NCBI GenBank assembly: GCA_000002445.1
Contig: CP000071.1
Coordinates: 1,504,001 to 1,568,000, forward strand
Direction of reading: 5' to 3'
From: Trypanosoma brucei
Lineage: Eukaryota
Length of the DNA: 64,000 nt
Part shown: positions 1-11,100 of the stretch, piece after piece
Numbering within the stretch: the first letter of the stretch is position 1
How the letters are laid out: each line of letters starts with the position of its first letter
Program-made: the position numbers and the translations under genes
The notes under the pieces: generated by a model
The model's database searches: none
The model's input: the letters and a program-made list of their open reading frames with translations, nothing else
What the model was told of the DNA's origin: nothing

Positions 1-1
1 A

Positions 2-3000
2 TTGAGTGCTAATTCTACAAACGGGCGTAGTTTCATCACCGATGCGCAGAGGGCTGTGAATGAGTCGAACCTCCGCAACCTTCAACAAAAAGTGGATGAG
101 TTTTATGCAGAAATCATAAATAGCTTTGCGAAGAAGGAGGGTCTCTTCCGCATGAATATGATGGGAAAGCGTGTCAATCAGGCCTGCCGTTCGGTTATTT
201 CGCCTGATCCATTCGTTGAACCGAACGAAGTGCTTTTACCAAGACCACTAGCCCGTGCTTTGTCGTTTCCTGAGCAAGTTACTTGTTTCGCACCAGCTCG
301 CATGAATCTGTTGAAACACTGCGTTGTGAACGGGCCACGTAAATACCCCGGCGCCACACACATTGAGCTTCGTCATGCCAACGGTGAGATCCGTTCTGTT
401 GACCTTAATGTACCCGAGCAGACACGGCGGCAGCATGCTGCAAGGTTTTTTGCGATGGCCCAGAGTGGTGTGACGTTAATCGTTTATCGGCACATTCTTA
501 ATGGTGATCGCGTTATATTCAATCGCCAACCCACACTCCATAAACCGAGTATGATGGGGTATCGCGTGAAGGTACTTTCAGGGTCCAAAACTATTCGCTT
601 TCACTACGTGAATGGTAACTCCTTTAACGCAGACTTCGATGGTGATGAAATGAACGTTCACGTTCCGCAAAGCATTGAGACGCGGGCCGAGGTTGAAACG
701 CTGATGGACGCAAACATCAACTACCTTGTGCCGACGTCTGGCAGACCGATCCGTGGTCTTATACAGGATCATGTGGCGGCAGGCGTTTTGGTAACGTTGC
801 GCGACAAGTTCTTTGATCACTCCACCTTTGTGCAACTGGTGTACAATGGCGTCGGTCCATACATTCAGGAAAACGTTGGCATAACTCTTGCTGAACTTAT
901 TCCCATTCCAGCAATTCTCATGCCTCGGCCAATGTGGACTGGAAAACAGCTGATATCTGTGATGGTTCGGTTTTCTAGTGGATTGTCTGCCGCAAGCGAC
1001 TGTGGACGGGAGATAGAGGGCGGAATCACACTCAAAGGCACTTCACAAATCCAACCCAGCGCATTTGACAGAATACCGGCGGGTAGCTGCGACGCAGTGC
1101 GTGTGAAATCCGGGGCAGTGGTTGATTCTACTGTCATGTTTGCGAACAGTGAGCTAATTACCGGATTCATGTGTAAGAAGCAGCTTGGAGCCTCTAATAT
1201 GTCTGCCCCCCACCATGTCTATGAGCTTTACGGGCCACATAGGACGGGACAGTTGTTCGCTGCTTTTGGCCGTGTTCTCCTGCTGGCTCTACGAAAGGAG
1301 GGTCTTTCTCTTGCGATGGACGATATGTTCCTCGTTGATGAAGAGCGCCGATGCGACTTGCTTAGGAAGCTTGATGATATAGCGTTGGATGTTCCAGATG
1401 AAGAGGCCACTGCTGCACCGATGATTGCAGATTATGCAACAAAGATTCAGCAGGAGTTTGTTCCGCAGCGCATGCTGGTGCCCTTCCCAAAGAATCATCT
1501 TCTTCTGATGACTATTTCAGGTGCGAAAGGGAGCAACCTGAACGCCACACAAATGTCACTGCAGTTGGGCCAGCAGCTGTTCGATGGACTGCGCGTTAAG
1601 CGTATGAACTCTTCCAAGACGCTTCCGTCCTTCTTCACTAATGAAAAGCGTGCCCGGTCCTTTGGGTTTGCTATGGGTTCCTTCGCCTCAGGGATCAGAC
1701 CAGCCGAGTATACCATTCATGCAATGGCTGGTCGCGACGGCCTTATTGATACCGCTGTGAAAACCTCCCGTTCTGGTCACTTGCAACGCTGCCTCATCAA
1801 AGGTCTCGAAAGCCTTGTGGTCCATTGGGACCGTACGGTGCGTGACTCCAACGGCAGCGTTATCCAATTTATGTATGGGGGTGACGGACTTGACCCGTGC
1901 AAGGCTTCTACGCTTACGGCGTGGGAGATGATGAAGGATAACGTAGTTGATGTTTCCAAGCGATTCGGAGGAGATGCCTCAGAAAGTGTTGCCGGTGCCG
2001 AGGATGGCGCGGCGGCAGGGTTGGAGGAGATGCGAAACGAAGATGGAAAGCCCACGACTGAGGCCGTGCAAAATGCGCATATGGAGCAGCAACTATCCAC
2101 GTATCCTCTTCCGGCCTCACTCGACAAGAGTTTGTCTGAGTATCTGTGCAAAAAAGCAGATTTCCCGCTCTTCCGCAAGGTGTCGACGCTAGCCCGTTGG
2201 GATGCGAAACAGCAGCTAAAAGAGAGGTTACAGCAAAGGCGCCAGAAGTGGGTTGGTGCCTTCGAAAAAACGCTTGCAGACATTACTGCCCGCAGGCGTC
2301 TGTGGGCATTGTGCGAACCCGGTGAGCCCGTTGGCCTCCTTGCAGCGCAAGCAGCTGGTGAGCCGTCAACACAGATGACCCTCAACACATTCCACACTGC
2401 TGGTTCAACTGTCTCCCACGTGACGGAGGGTATTCCTCGACTCCGCGAGTTACTGATCTACGCCTCCGTTAATAAGGCGGCTGTTGTTGTACCCGTTACT
2501 AATGCTACAGAGGAAGACGAGAAAGTAATCGCCAAAATGCTTCGTGCAGGTGTCGCCGCAAAACTGACCGACTGTCTCGCGAAGGTCACAGATGGCGCTG
2601 GTGGCCAAAGCGCTTCCAGCTCGATGCAGCGGAACTTAAACACTGGCTTTGGTAAGGGCTACCACTATCACGTTGCGCGAGGCCGCACTGGTATGGTGAT
2701 TACGGTGTCTTTCCTGTTTTCGCGCTCGTGTTTGGAGGAGTTGCGTAAGCGCATGTGTATGTCACCATCTGAACATCGACAATCTTTTACTGAAGCACTA
2801 AAGAATGTTGTGCGGCTCATCATGAGGTCACTGAGCGCCGTTCCACGCGAGAAGGAAAGCGGTGACGGTTCAGGGAACACTGGAGGGATGAAAGGGGGAA
2901 GTGGGCGCGCCGACAGGAAGAGAAAGCGATCAGGCCCGGACGATGGCGGTGGTCCTCTTGGGGGTACTTTCGGAGACGAAATTATGCGCATTGAAGAGGG

Positions 3001-4078
3001 AACCGATTCTGATGATGGCATGAGCGAGAGGAGCAGTATAGGTGGGGGTCGGGCTGGCTCGGAGGTCTCATCTCTACACTCGGATGGAACCGATACCAGG
3101 GGCATAGCAGGAAGCGATACGGGCGGGCCGCAGCGACGGAGGGGCTCTGTTGAAAGTGGCCGCGGTGACGATGCTTCTGACAGTGAGGCAGCTGACCCCG
3201 ACTTATATGCCAGACGAAGTGGCTCTCCGGCGAGGGATGCGGAGGATGGAGATGAGATGCAGGATCGGGACGGCACGGATTGGGGAGGAACGTCGATGCA
3301 AGGTGTGGTGGGATATGACAACTTCCCAGAGATTCACATGAGTTTCACCAAGTCAAATTTCGGTGCTGTTATTGCTCCCCTTAGTACTGCTGCAGCGGCC
3401 CGAGATGGGGTTGTGCAACTACACGAAGACTTTTTCATAGTTAATGCTGTGCTGCGCACGCCCTCGGACGTCATTGCCGTCATTCCGGACGTTGTGGATA
3501 ATGCTTTGGAGGCGCAGAGAATGCCCTCGTGGTTACCTCAATTCGGGTCCCTCACTTTCACTCGACTGAAAGATAAAGGATCTGGCCAGCTTGTTTTCCA
3601 AGGACCTGGCTCGACAATGCGGAATGTGATGTCTTTCCTTTCCCTTTTCACCGTTGGCATAAAATCGATAAAACTTCACCAAGCTTGCTCCACTGATATT
3701 CGGGATATGGGAACATACTTCGGCATTGAGTCTGGATACGCTGCGCTTTACGATGAGCTCAATAAACTATTCAACCGCTACAATGTCGACCCGCGGCACT
3801 TGTCGCTCATCGCCGATACGTCTACCCACCGAGGGCGATGGGAGAACTTCAATTTCACTGGTGTCATATCAACGAGCGCGAGCCCACTGTTTCAGATGAC
3901 ATTTGCCTCGTCGAAGCGCTGGTTGCACAGAGCGGTGAGTCGGGGAATGAGTGACGACCTCGAGTCCTTTAGTTCTGCCATCATGGTGGGGGAACGCCCT
4001 CGTGTGGGAACGGCGTCCGTGCGGCTCTCGACTGATACGGCGATTTTGCGGGATGTGCTCGAGAGGAACTTTGCATAA
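2..4078 (+). CDS. RPA1: DNA-directed RNA polymerase I largest subunit (A190/RPA1 homologue), C-terminal 1358 aa; the 5' end lies upstream of the window
   Basis: Catalytic metal-binding loop FNADFDGDEMNVHVPQS. The downstream VPTSGRPIRGLIQDHVAAG block matches the Pol I (A190) pattern TPTSGxPVRGLIQDH rather than Pol II (GIVQDTL) or Pol III. The trigger-loop and cleft regions are conserved. There is a long Asp/Ser/Gly-rich insertion (nt ~2850-3310) of the kind found in Pol I largest subunits. The ORF is open from the window edge and stops with TAA at 4076-4078. Confidence 0.8.
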   Translation: MSANSTNGRSFITDAQRAVNESNLRNLQQKVDEFYAEIINSFAKKEGLFRMNMMGKRVNQACRSVISPDPFVEPNEVLLPRPLARALSFPEQVTCFAPARMNLLKHCVVNGPRKYPGATHIELRHANGEIRSVDLNVPEQTRRQHAARFFAMAQSGVTLIVYRHILNGDRVIFNRQPTLHKPSMMGYRVKVLSGSKTIRFHYVNGNSFNADFDGDEMNVHVPQSIETRAEVETLMDANINYLVPTSGRPIRGLIQDHVAAGVLVTLRDKFFDHSTFVQLVYNGVGPYIQENVGITLAELIPIPAILMPRPMWTGKQLISVMVRFSSGLSAASDCGREIEGGITLKGTSQIQPSAFDRIPAGSCDAVRVKSGAVVDSTVMFANSELITGFMCKKQLGASNMSAPHHVYELYGPHRTGQLFAAFGRVLLLALRKEGLSLAMDDMFLVDEERRCDLLRKLDDIALDVPDEEATAAPMIADYATKIQQEFVPQRMLVPFPKNHLLLMTISGAKGSNLNATQMSLQLGQQLFDGLRVKRMNSSKTLPSFFTNEKRARSFGFAMGSFASGIRPAEYTIHAMAGRDGLIDTAVKTSRSGHLQRCLIKGLESLVVHWDRTVRDSNGSVIQFMYGGDGLDPCKASTLTAWEMMKDNVVDVSKRFGGDASESVAGAEDGAAAGLEEMRNEDGKPTTEAVQNAHMEQQLSTYPLPASLDKSLSEYLCKKADFPLFRKVSTLARWDAKQQLKERLQQRRQKWVGAFEKTLADITARRRLWALCEPGEPVGLLAAQAAGEPSTQMTLNTFHTAGSTVSHVTEGIPRLRELLIYASVNKAAVVVPVTNATEEDEKVIAKMLRAGVAAKLTDCLAKVTDGAGGQSASSSMQRNLNTGFGKGYHYHVARGRTGMVITVSFLFSRSCLEELRKRMCMSPSEHRQSFTEALKNVVRLIMRSLSAVPREKESGDGSGNTGGMKGGSGRADRKRKRSGPDDGGGPLGGTFGDEIMRIEEGTDSDDGMSERSSIGGGRAGSEVSSLHSDGTDTRGIAGSDTGGPQRRRGSVESGRGDDASDSEAADPDLYARRSGSPARDAEDGDEMQDRDGTDWGGTSMQGVVGYDNFPEIHMSFTKSNFGAVIAPLSTAAAARDGVVQLHEDFFIVNAVLRTPSDVIAVIPDVVDNALEAQRMPSWLPQFGSLTFTRLKDKGSGQLVFQGPGSTMRNVMSFLSLFTVGIKSIKLHQACSTDIRDMGTYFGIESGYAALYDELNKLFNRYNVDPRHLSLIADTSTHRGRWENFNFTGVISTSASPLFQMTFASSKRWLHRAVSRGMSDDLESFSSAIMVGERPRVGTASVRLSTDTAILRDVLERNFA

Positions 4079-4894
4079 TCGCCTGAACCGCTATTTTAAG
4101 TATATATATATATGTATATTACCTTTTTTGTTTTTTCTTTGCGCTTTTACCTCCTCTTTTGTCTCAACTTTTTTTAATTTTATGAGAGGCACTTGTGTGA
4201 AATTGGACACCATAAAGGGCTGAGGAGGGAAGCAGAGAGCAAATGAAAATATGGGAGGGTGAAAAATACATACATATATATTTGTGTTTGTTCGTATTTG
4301 GAGGGATACAAATACGATATATGAAGATATCAACAGTTTTTCACCTGTGGGGGAAGCGTGATTATTATCAGTGAGTGGATGGACTGAAGAACGAATAAAT
4401 GTGTAACAATTTCGTCCTTCATTTTTTCTTCGGTGGCAGACGGGTTTAAATCTAATCGGATAAATAGCACTAAAGTAACGAATGTTAAAATAACCACCGC
4501 AAAGGCATACCTTTTCCTTTTTTGCCCTTTGTGGTGGGAAGTCAGTGGCAAAAGGAAGCGAGAGTAGCGACAGGGAAAGTCTCAGTGCCATGTGACCGTT
4601 TCAGAAAAGAAAATGAAAAAAAGAAGGAAGGGGGAGGGCTGAATGAAGAGAAGATATGCGGGTAAAGGAGGTGCATAACACGAGTGTCAATGCATCGTTT
4701 CAGTGGGTGGTGCACGTGCGCATGTGTTTGTGAGGGTGCGAATCTTTGCCACGTGCTACTTAATTAATGGTAATGGTGCGTGTAGGGGTCCATATACCTT
4801 CTCGTACACGCGGAACCCTCATTTCGGTGGGTGCGTTTGGCAGCGTAACTTTTGTAAACGCCCATCTCCGATGACATGTCTTTCTCTCTTTGAA

Positions 4895-4988
4895 TTGTCC
4901 TTGTTTCCTCAGTTTTCTTATGCTCGTTTCCTCTTTGTTTTTTTCTTTTATGTATTTTCTTACCTATTCTTATCACAACTTTGCTGAG
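4895..4988 (+). promoter_or_regulatory. Polypyrimidine tract plus AG trans-splice acceptor upstream of the giant ORF
   Basis: C/T-rich run (ttctttgtttttttcttttatgtattttcttacctattcttatcac) followed by AG at 4987-4988, about 150 nt before the first in-frame ATG. This is the typical kinetoplastid SL-addition signal. Confidence 0.5.
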
Positions 4989-5140
4989 ACGCGCGGCGCC
5001 TCTTTTTCTCTAGAGTGACAGCCCAGGTTTGTGCGCTCAATTAACTTCGTTGATTGTGGCGCTAGCTGACAACAGCGTGCGGTGGTGGTGGGAAAAGGGG
5101 TAAGGGAGGCACCGAAGCAAAGGTGTTTGTTTTGTTTATT

Positions 5141-8100
5141 ATGTTGGTGACACCAATCCTGCGACTTCCCACTAGGCGCAGCGTTGCCATTACCCACGGA
5201 ATAGGCAACTCCTTAGCCGCAATTGGGCTTAGGAAACTCAGCTCGGCTGCCAGTAACCGGAAGAGGGGTTCTAACAGCGATAGTGACGGCGCCACTGCGC
5301 GGCGGGACGGCGGTCTCTTGCTTCTCCAGCTAAAGTGGCGGGCTAAGGAGTTGCTACTCGCTGAGTATGATAAAAAGGAAAGTCAGAAGAAGCCTCAGAT
5401 TCTTCAGGTGCATGCAGATGGTACTTTTGATGTCGAATGGCGCAACCAACTTCCGCACAAGGCGTCATCTGCAGCCCGCCCAACGGAAGAGGAGAGAGTG
5501 ACACTTCTGTGTCAACTGCTTGCTGTTACGGTAAAGGAGCGCTGTGGTCGGGGTGCACAAGACTGCTTCTTCGCCTCATTCCCCACGGATGCCTCTGTCT
5601 TGTTACCAGCGAGGGCTGCAGAGGCGGTGGTAGCTCCTTTTGGTCGGCAAGCTAGGTTATGGGAAGAGCAGCATGAGTGGCAAGCCATTGTTTCATGTGC
5701 CGCAAAGGTGTTTGGATCATGGGGCATCAAACACACCAAGGATAGTAGAGATGCCCGCAGGAGGGGTAGTTACTCTAATCTCCAGCTCCGTACTGTGGTA
5801 CGCAACTTTGTGGACAAGGTTGAGTCGCTCTGTTCGCTGAGGTTGGGTGCATCGAGGGAAATGGCGGCGAAAGGGCGTCAGAAACGAACGAAGCGTCCAA
5901 AGATGTCGGAGGGTGGCGATGTAGCAGAAGATGGATTAACTCCTGACACGATGCTGAACACGTTATATCGACTAGCAGTGCTATTGCGTTTGCTAAGCTG
6001 CCTTTTTGAGAGATGTGAGGGTCAGGTGGGGTCGGTAGCGGACTGCGAGCACTTAAAGGAGGTTGTACACTGTATTTTAAGTGAAATAGAGAGCCGTCGT
6101 TTTATCGTAGTGGGTTTGGACGGCTCCTCGGAAGCGATGGAAGGATTGGCCGCGCTTGTCCTCGCAGCATTCGGCCGTAACTGTGGTGGTATTCGTGCTG
6201 GAGGTAGTCGTGTTGGTAGTGAAGTACACTGGCGCGCATATAAGGGTGAGTTCTCAGAAGCCCTGCTGTTACTCTGCTCAGCATATCTGAGGATTGTTCC
6301 CGCCCGTGCTGTAGGATTTGAACTGGAGTCTTCAGGAACGGGGAGTGAACCAACCAGTATTTCAAACTCTGAGACCATTTCTGTTGTTCGGGCGCTCCAC
6401 CAATGTTGGGATCGCTGGAAGGCTACAATCCACGTGCACGGTTCAGCTGCCGCGTTCTGGTGGTTGAGACTGGTTCCGCTCATCCTCGAGGCGCTGTTAG
6501 ACGCAACTGAAAAGATGAGTAACAGTAGAGGCCACAAAGGTGACGCTGACAGTAGAGAATCCCAGGTTAAGTTGTTGCAGTCGGAGTTGTTGGCGACGTT
6601 GTGTGGGATGCTTTACTTTGATGAAGAAAGATACAATGAGCGGATGACAATACTCTCAGCACGGCAGGCAGCAGAAGAAGCTAAGGTAGGACAAGTTGGT
6701 AACGGCGGCGACGGAGACAACCCCACCAACGCCACTCCCTCGGAGACCGAAGCTGACGATGCCCACGGCCTCACGCGGCCGCGTGCTGGCCGCTCTATGC
6801 TGAGGAAGGGCCAGGAGGGGGGTGTTTTGCTTCCAAGCTCTAGTGAGGCACTGCGGAAGTCGTCGCGATTTTTGTCTAGAAGGACCGTAGGCGACAGTGG
6901 CGGTGGTGTTGGCGCTAATACAAATGCCGGCACCGCGTTGATGGATGTGGGGGTCAACAGTCCTTTGTTTGACCTGCTAGCCACATCAGACGACGCTGTT
7001 TCAGAGCTGTCTTCTTTGTTCGCTATCGAAAAAATGGGCCGCAGTTGTACACTGGAGAATCTGTGGTTGATTTTATTGGCTGCGCATCGTCACTTGCGAC
7101 CTTACAGAACTTCCTCAGCAGTGTGTACCCACGAGGGTGATGGTGAACTTGGGAAGGAGGCAAATAATTTCTTTTCTGGTGACGAAGTTGTTGTGGAAGC
7201 GAATGCGTCCAATGGGAAATCCCCCATGACTCTTGCTGTCCCAGCCTTTGTGTTGGCTAGTATACAGCATCTTGCAACCACCCTCGCATGTGCTGTCGTG
7301 AATTTATACGATTTATCCGACCCCTCGTTCCTTCGAGATGATAATATTCGACGCGCAGTTAGCATCGCTATCGTAGCCGGGACACAAGAATTACTTTTAA
7401 GGAGCCGTTTTTATTCCGATGCGCTCCTAAGTAATTGGTGGCTTCGAAGTGGGGTGTCATCTGCGTTTGGGGAAGGACAAAAATCATTTGCTTCACTGGA
7501 AAACCATATGATGGCTCTAGTTGCACAGCGCACTCGTTACCGTGGACGGCTGGGGTGGGTAAAAGAGTCCACTAGGGTTGCGCTGCATTGTCTCTCTTCC
7601 ATGCCACTCTCTCCGCTGGCGAAGCAGTGGGCCGCTTCTCTCGTTGTGTGCAACTTGCGTGATGTCACCTTTTTATTACGCAACCAACGCGTTGGCATCT
7701 CATCATCCACCGCATTTGCTCTTGCCAAGGGCACGCTGACTGACAGTGCCGCTGCCGCGGACGTTGATGGTTCGGAGCGCCTCTCGTTGGATGGATGGGC
7801 ACGCGAAACATTCACTACTCTTCTTGCCACACTGACAGCTGATGTGGAGCTGGTGCTGTTGTGCGGGTATGCGGGCTTTATAGACACGTTGTTCGAGATG
7901 CATATGCGAATTGGCACAAATCAGGAGGAGATGATGCGTTTTGGAGATGATGTGCTTCTGAACGTGAATCTTGCGGCTGTCCTCGCGAGCCTGTCGAAGA
8001 GTGCCACCGATTCTGATGCCGAAACGCACGCAGCCACCTGTGAATCTGCGCTTTTTGTACTTGCTGAGTTTTCGCGTTTTGCTTCGTGGCCCAACTTAGA

Positions 8101-11100
8101 TAATTCATCGGTGCTCCGAACGGACGGAAACAGCCTGCTTATTCGCGTCGCAGTGTACTGTCTGCGGCATGCGCGCCGTGCTGGGGGCAAGCGACCCAGC
8201 GGTTACGGGCTGCCTGCACCACACCTTCCAGAAGCAGGTGAAATGGTTGAGAAGGTGCTTTCAACGTGTGGGCCAACGTTGTCTTTTCTTCTAGCGCGAG
8301 GTAACCGTTGCTCATACCTTCAAGTTCTTGACTTGAGCAACCGGTTGCTACCCTTTTCCCGTGTGCAACCGCTATACGGTGGGCGAGAGAGCAGCTGCGT
8401 TGCTGCACTTCAACACTATCTGCGGGGTTCGCACCATGCGTTGCTGTCGATGCCATCATCATCAACTCCTACTGGGCCTACAGTGGCTGCTAACATTAGT
8501 GGGAGTGGGGCTGCCAGCCAAAAGCAGTTGTTAGAGGAATCGTTGAAGCGGCTTAACTTTATGGCAAATACCACCATCAGCACTCATGTCCTTGGATATT
8601 TGGTTCGCTTCGTTGAGCACTACCTGCGCGAGCAAGAACGTTGTTCTCGTAGCACAATGGAAGATCTGCCCACTACTACCACTGGTTGCCACTCACCTTC
8701 TTTACACGGGGATGAGAATGTTGCGGCTGACAGAAGCAAGGAACAGAGGGAAAGTGCCATGGTAACACTAGCACGTGTGGAGGCAGCTCCGCTTGTGTTG
8801 CTGGACTACATGGGTTACCTCAGCTGTGCGGGTAGTTGGGCCATGGTCAACTGGACTTTCAACCTCGCCGAGACATCGCTAAAAATCCAAAGAAAACACC
8901 AAATAGCCACGACGACCTCGGTAGTGGACGTGGCCGTCGGGGCGATTCTCTCCCAACTGCGTGCTGTTGTTATGCCAGCGACCCCACAGATTCCTAGCAA
9001 TATGCCGAAAAGTTTGATTTGCCTGTGCGACATGATATCCGAGTCACCTGTGACACTGCTAGGTTTCGATCGTGGGTCGCCACTGCAAGGAATTCTGAAA
9101 CAAACATCTCGTGGGGATTACCGTGCAATGCTGTTTGCAATGAAGCAAGCTGTGTTATTGGTCCAGCGGGCCTCGGCAAAATACCGCACCTCCGCACCGC
9201 ATTCACCCAACGATGCGTCGGGAGGGGAGAAGAACGATGAAGCAAGCGTTGGAGGCGATGACCGTAGTGGGGCGGAGGTGAAGGCGTACTTTTCTATGCC
9301 CGTTGGTGAATGTTCACCCGACGACCAGAGGCAACTTCGTCTTTTTCTTGAATGCTTGCTTATGTGCTTTGATGATGTACTCGACGCCATACGTTGGTGT
9401 GCTTTGCAACAAGACGTTCTCGACGACGAGTTGCGTGACGTGCTTCTTCTAGAGCTGCAAACATTGATTCGCATCCTTCGGGGATGCTTAAGGACTGTTT
9501 TGCTTCTTTCTCCCGAGCAAAAGCGGCGCTTTCATGGTGAGTCTGCACAACTATTGTGGGTTAGCTTGTGTGTTGCTTCCGCTATTGGCAAGGTTGCGTC
9601 AGTAGATTACGGACGAATATGCTTTTCTGGGACTGTTATGCACTCTGTTGCAGCCCTTTTGGATGGTGTTGAGCGGTTGGTGAAGGAACATACTGTTTCC
9701 GGTGCGCACAAGAACAAACAGGCAAACAAGAAGGAACCTGCTGATGTGGACAGAAGAAGTGGTGGGGCACCTCTGATGGGGGCAATAGAGTTAAGTCTTA
9801 ACTTGTTTTTTTCAGATGCACTGATGTCACATCGACTTGCCCTGCGGCTGGGGCTTGGGTTGCGTGAGCGATCCGACTTTACAGCACTTGCCACAGCACT
9901 AAGGACTCTTGCATCCGCAGCCGCACGATATGAACCGGCGGGACGGATAGTACAGTTTGTCTGGCGGACGCTTTGTGAAGAGCTTGTGAATACTGTGAAA
10001 CCAGTTAAGCGGAAAGGAAGGGGCTCAAAGGCCACTAAGGAACCCTCGGCTGGTGTAAAGGTTCCATCAAAGGACGAACTCAAACTATTGTTAGATTCCT
10101 TTAACGACCTTCAGAATGAAGTTGCTGAGAGCGTTGCATCGCGACAATCGAAGGGGCGGGCCGCTGAATACGTGGTGGAGTGGGCGTGTCCTGATGCACA
10201 GGCTGTTCTCGATAGTGTGGTGGAAGATCCCAGTGTACTGCGTGGTGACCGTTGGCGGAAGAGGGAAACCAACAGCAGTGACCCAACCTCTCTTAGTGAC
10301 AGTTGTGAAAAGGAGGAAGAAGAGCAGTCTCTAGCGGATTGGAGTGCGACCATACCTACCACTGCCGTCCCAGGTGCTGTGGCCGCGTTCATGGAAATGG
10401 ACGCGGCCCTTTTACTGGAGGACGGTGGTAACGTAACTAATGAAGAGGCACTGGAGGCGTTCTTACGCCAGTGTAGTCGTTTGCATCTCTCATCGACGGT
10501 GGTGGCATCAAATGATTCAAACGTTGCGATTCCACAGACGAACAAAGTCATCCTAATACACTTTGGTTGCGTGATGGCTATTGTGGAGCGCTGCACATTG
10601 GCGGAGATCGCGTCCTTTCCGCGGGGAGAGTTAGTTTTTGGTAGCCTTCATCTCTTTTACCGCCCACAAACACCTGTACCACTGGAAAAACTTCATATGC
10701 TGTGGTTGAAACTTGGCGAACGGTGGAATGAGGAGTTCATTATTCCTGACTGTAAGATATTTGAAAGGCAGCAGCAAGAGTTTTTACAGCTCGTGCGACA
10801 GCGTCGCGCTTTGTTTCAGCCTTCTGAACGAGGGATGGAGGATACCGCGGGCTCGCACCCAAATGACCACGAGAAGGAGGGACTTCTCTTGCGAGATAGT
10901 GTGATAGCGCGGCTCGCACGGCAAAATGTTCCGCCTCTTCCGTACGATGTTGAAATGTTGCCTCATGATGGATTTAGCGCCCTCGACGGGGGCTTCACGG
11001 CGCTGTCTGGATCGAGTCAGCAATTTAAGGATCGGTTACCCTTTCGCATCCCGCTAGACGCACTCCTCACACTTCTACATGACTTTTCCCGTGCACCCCG

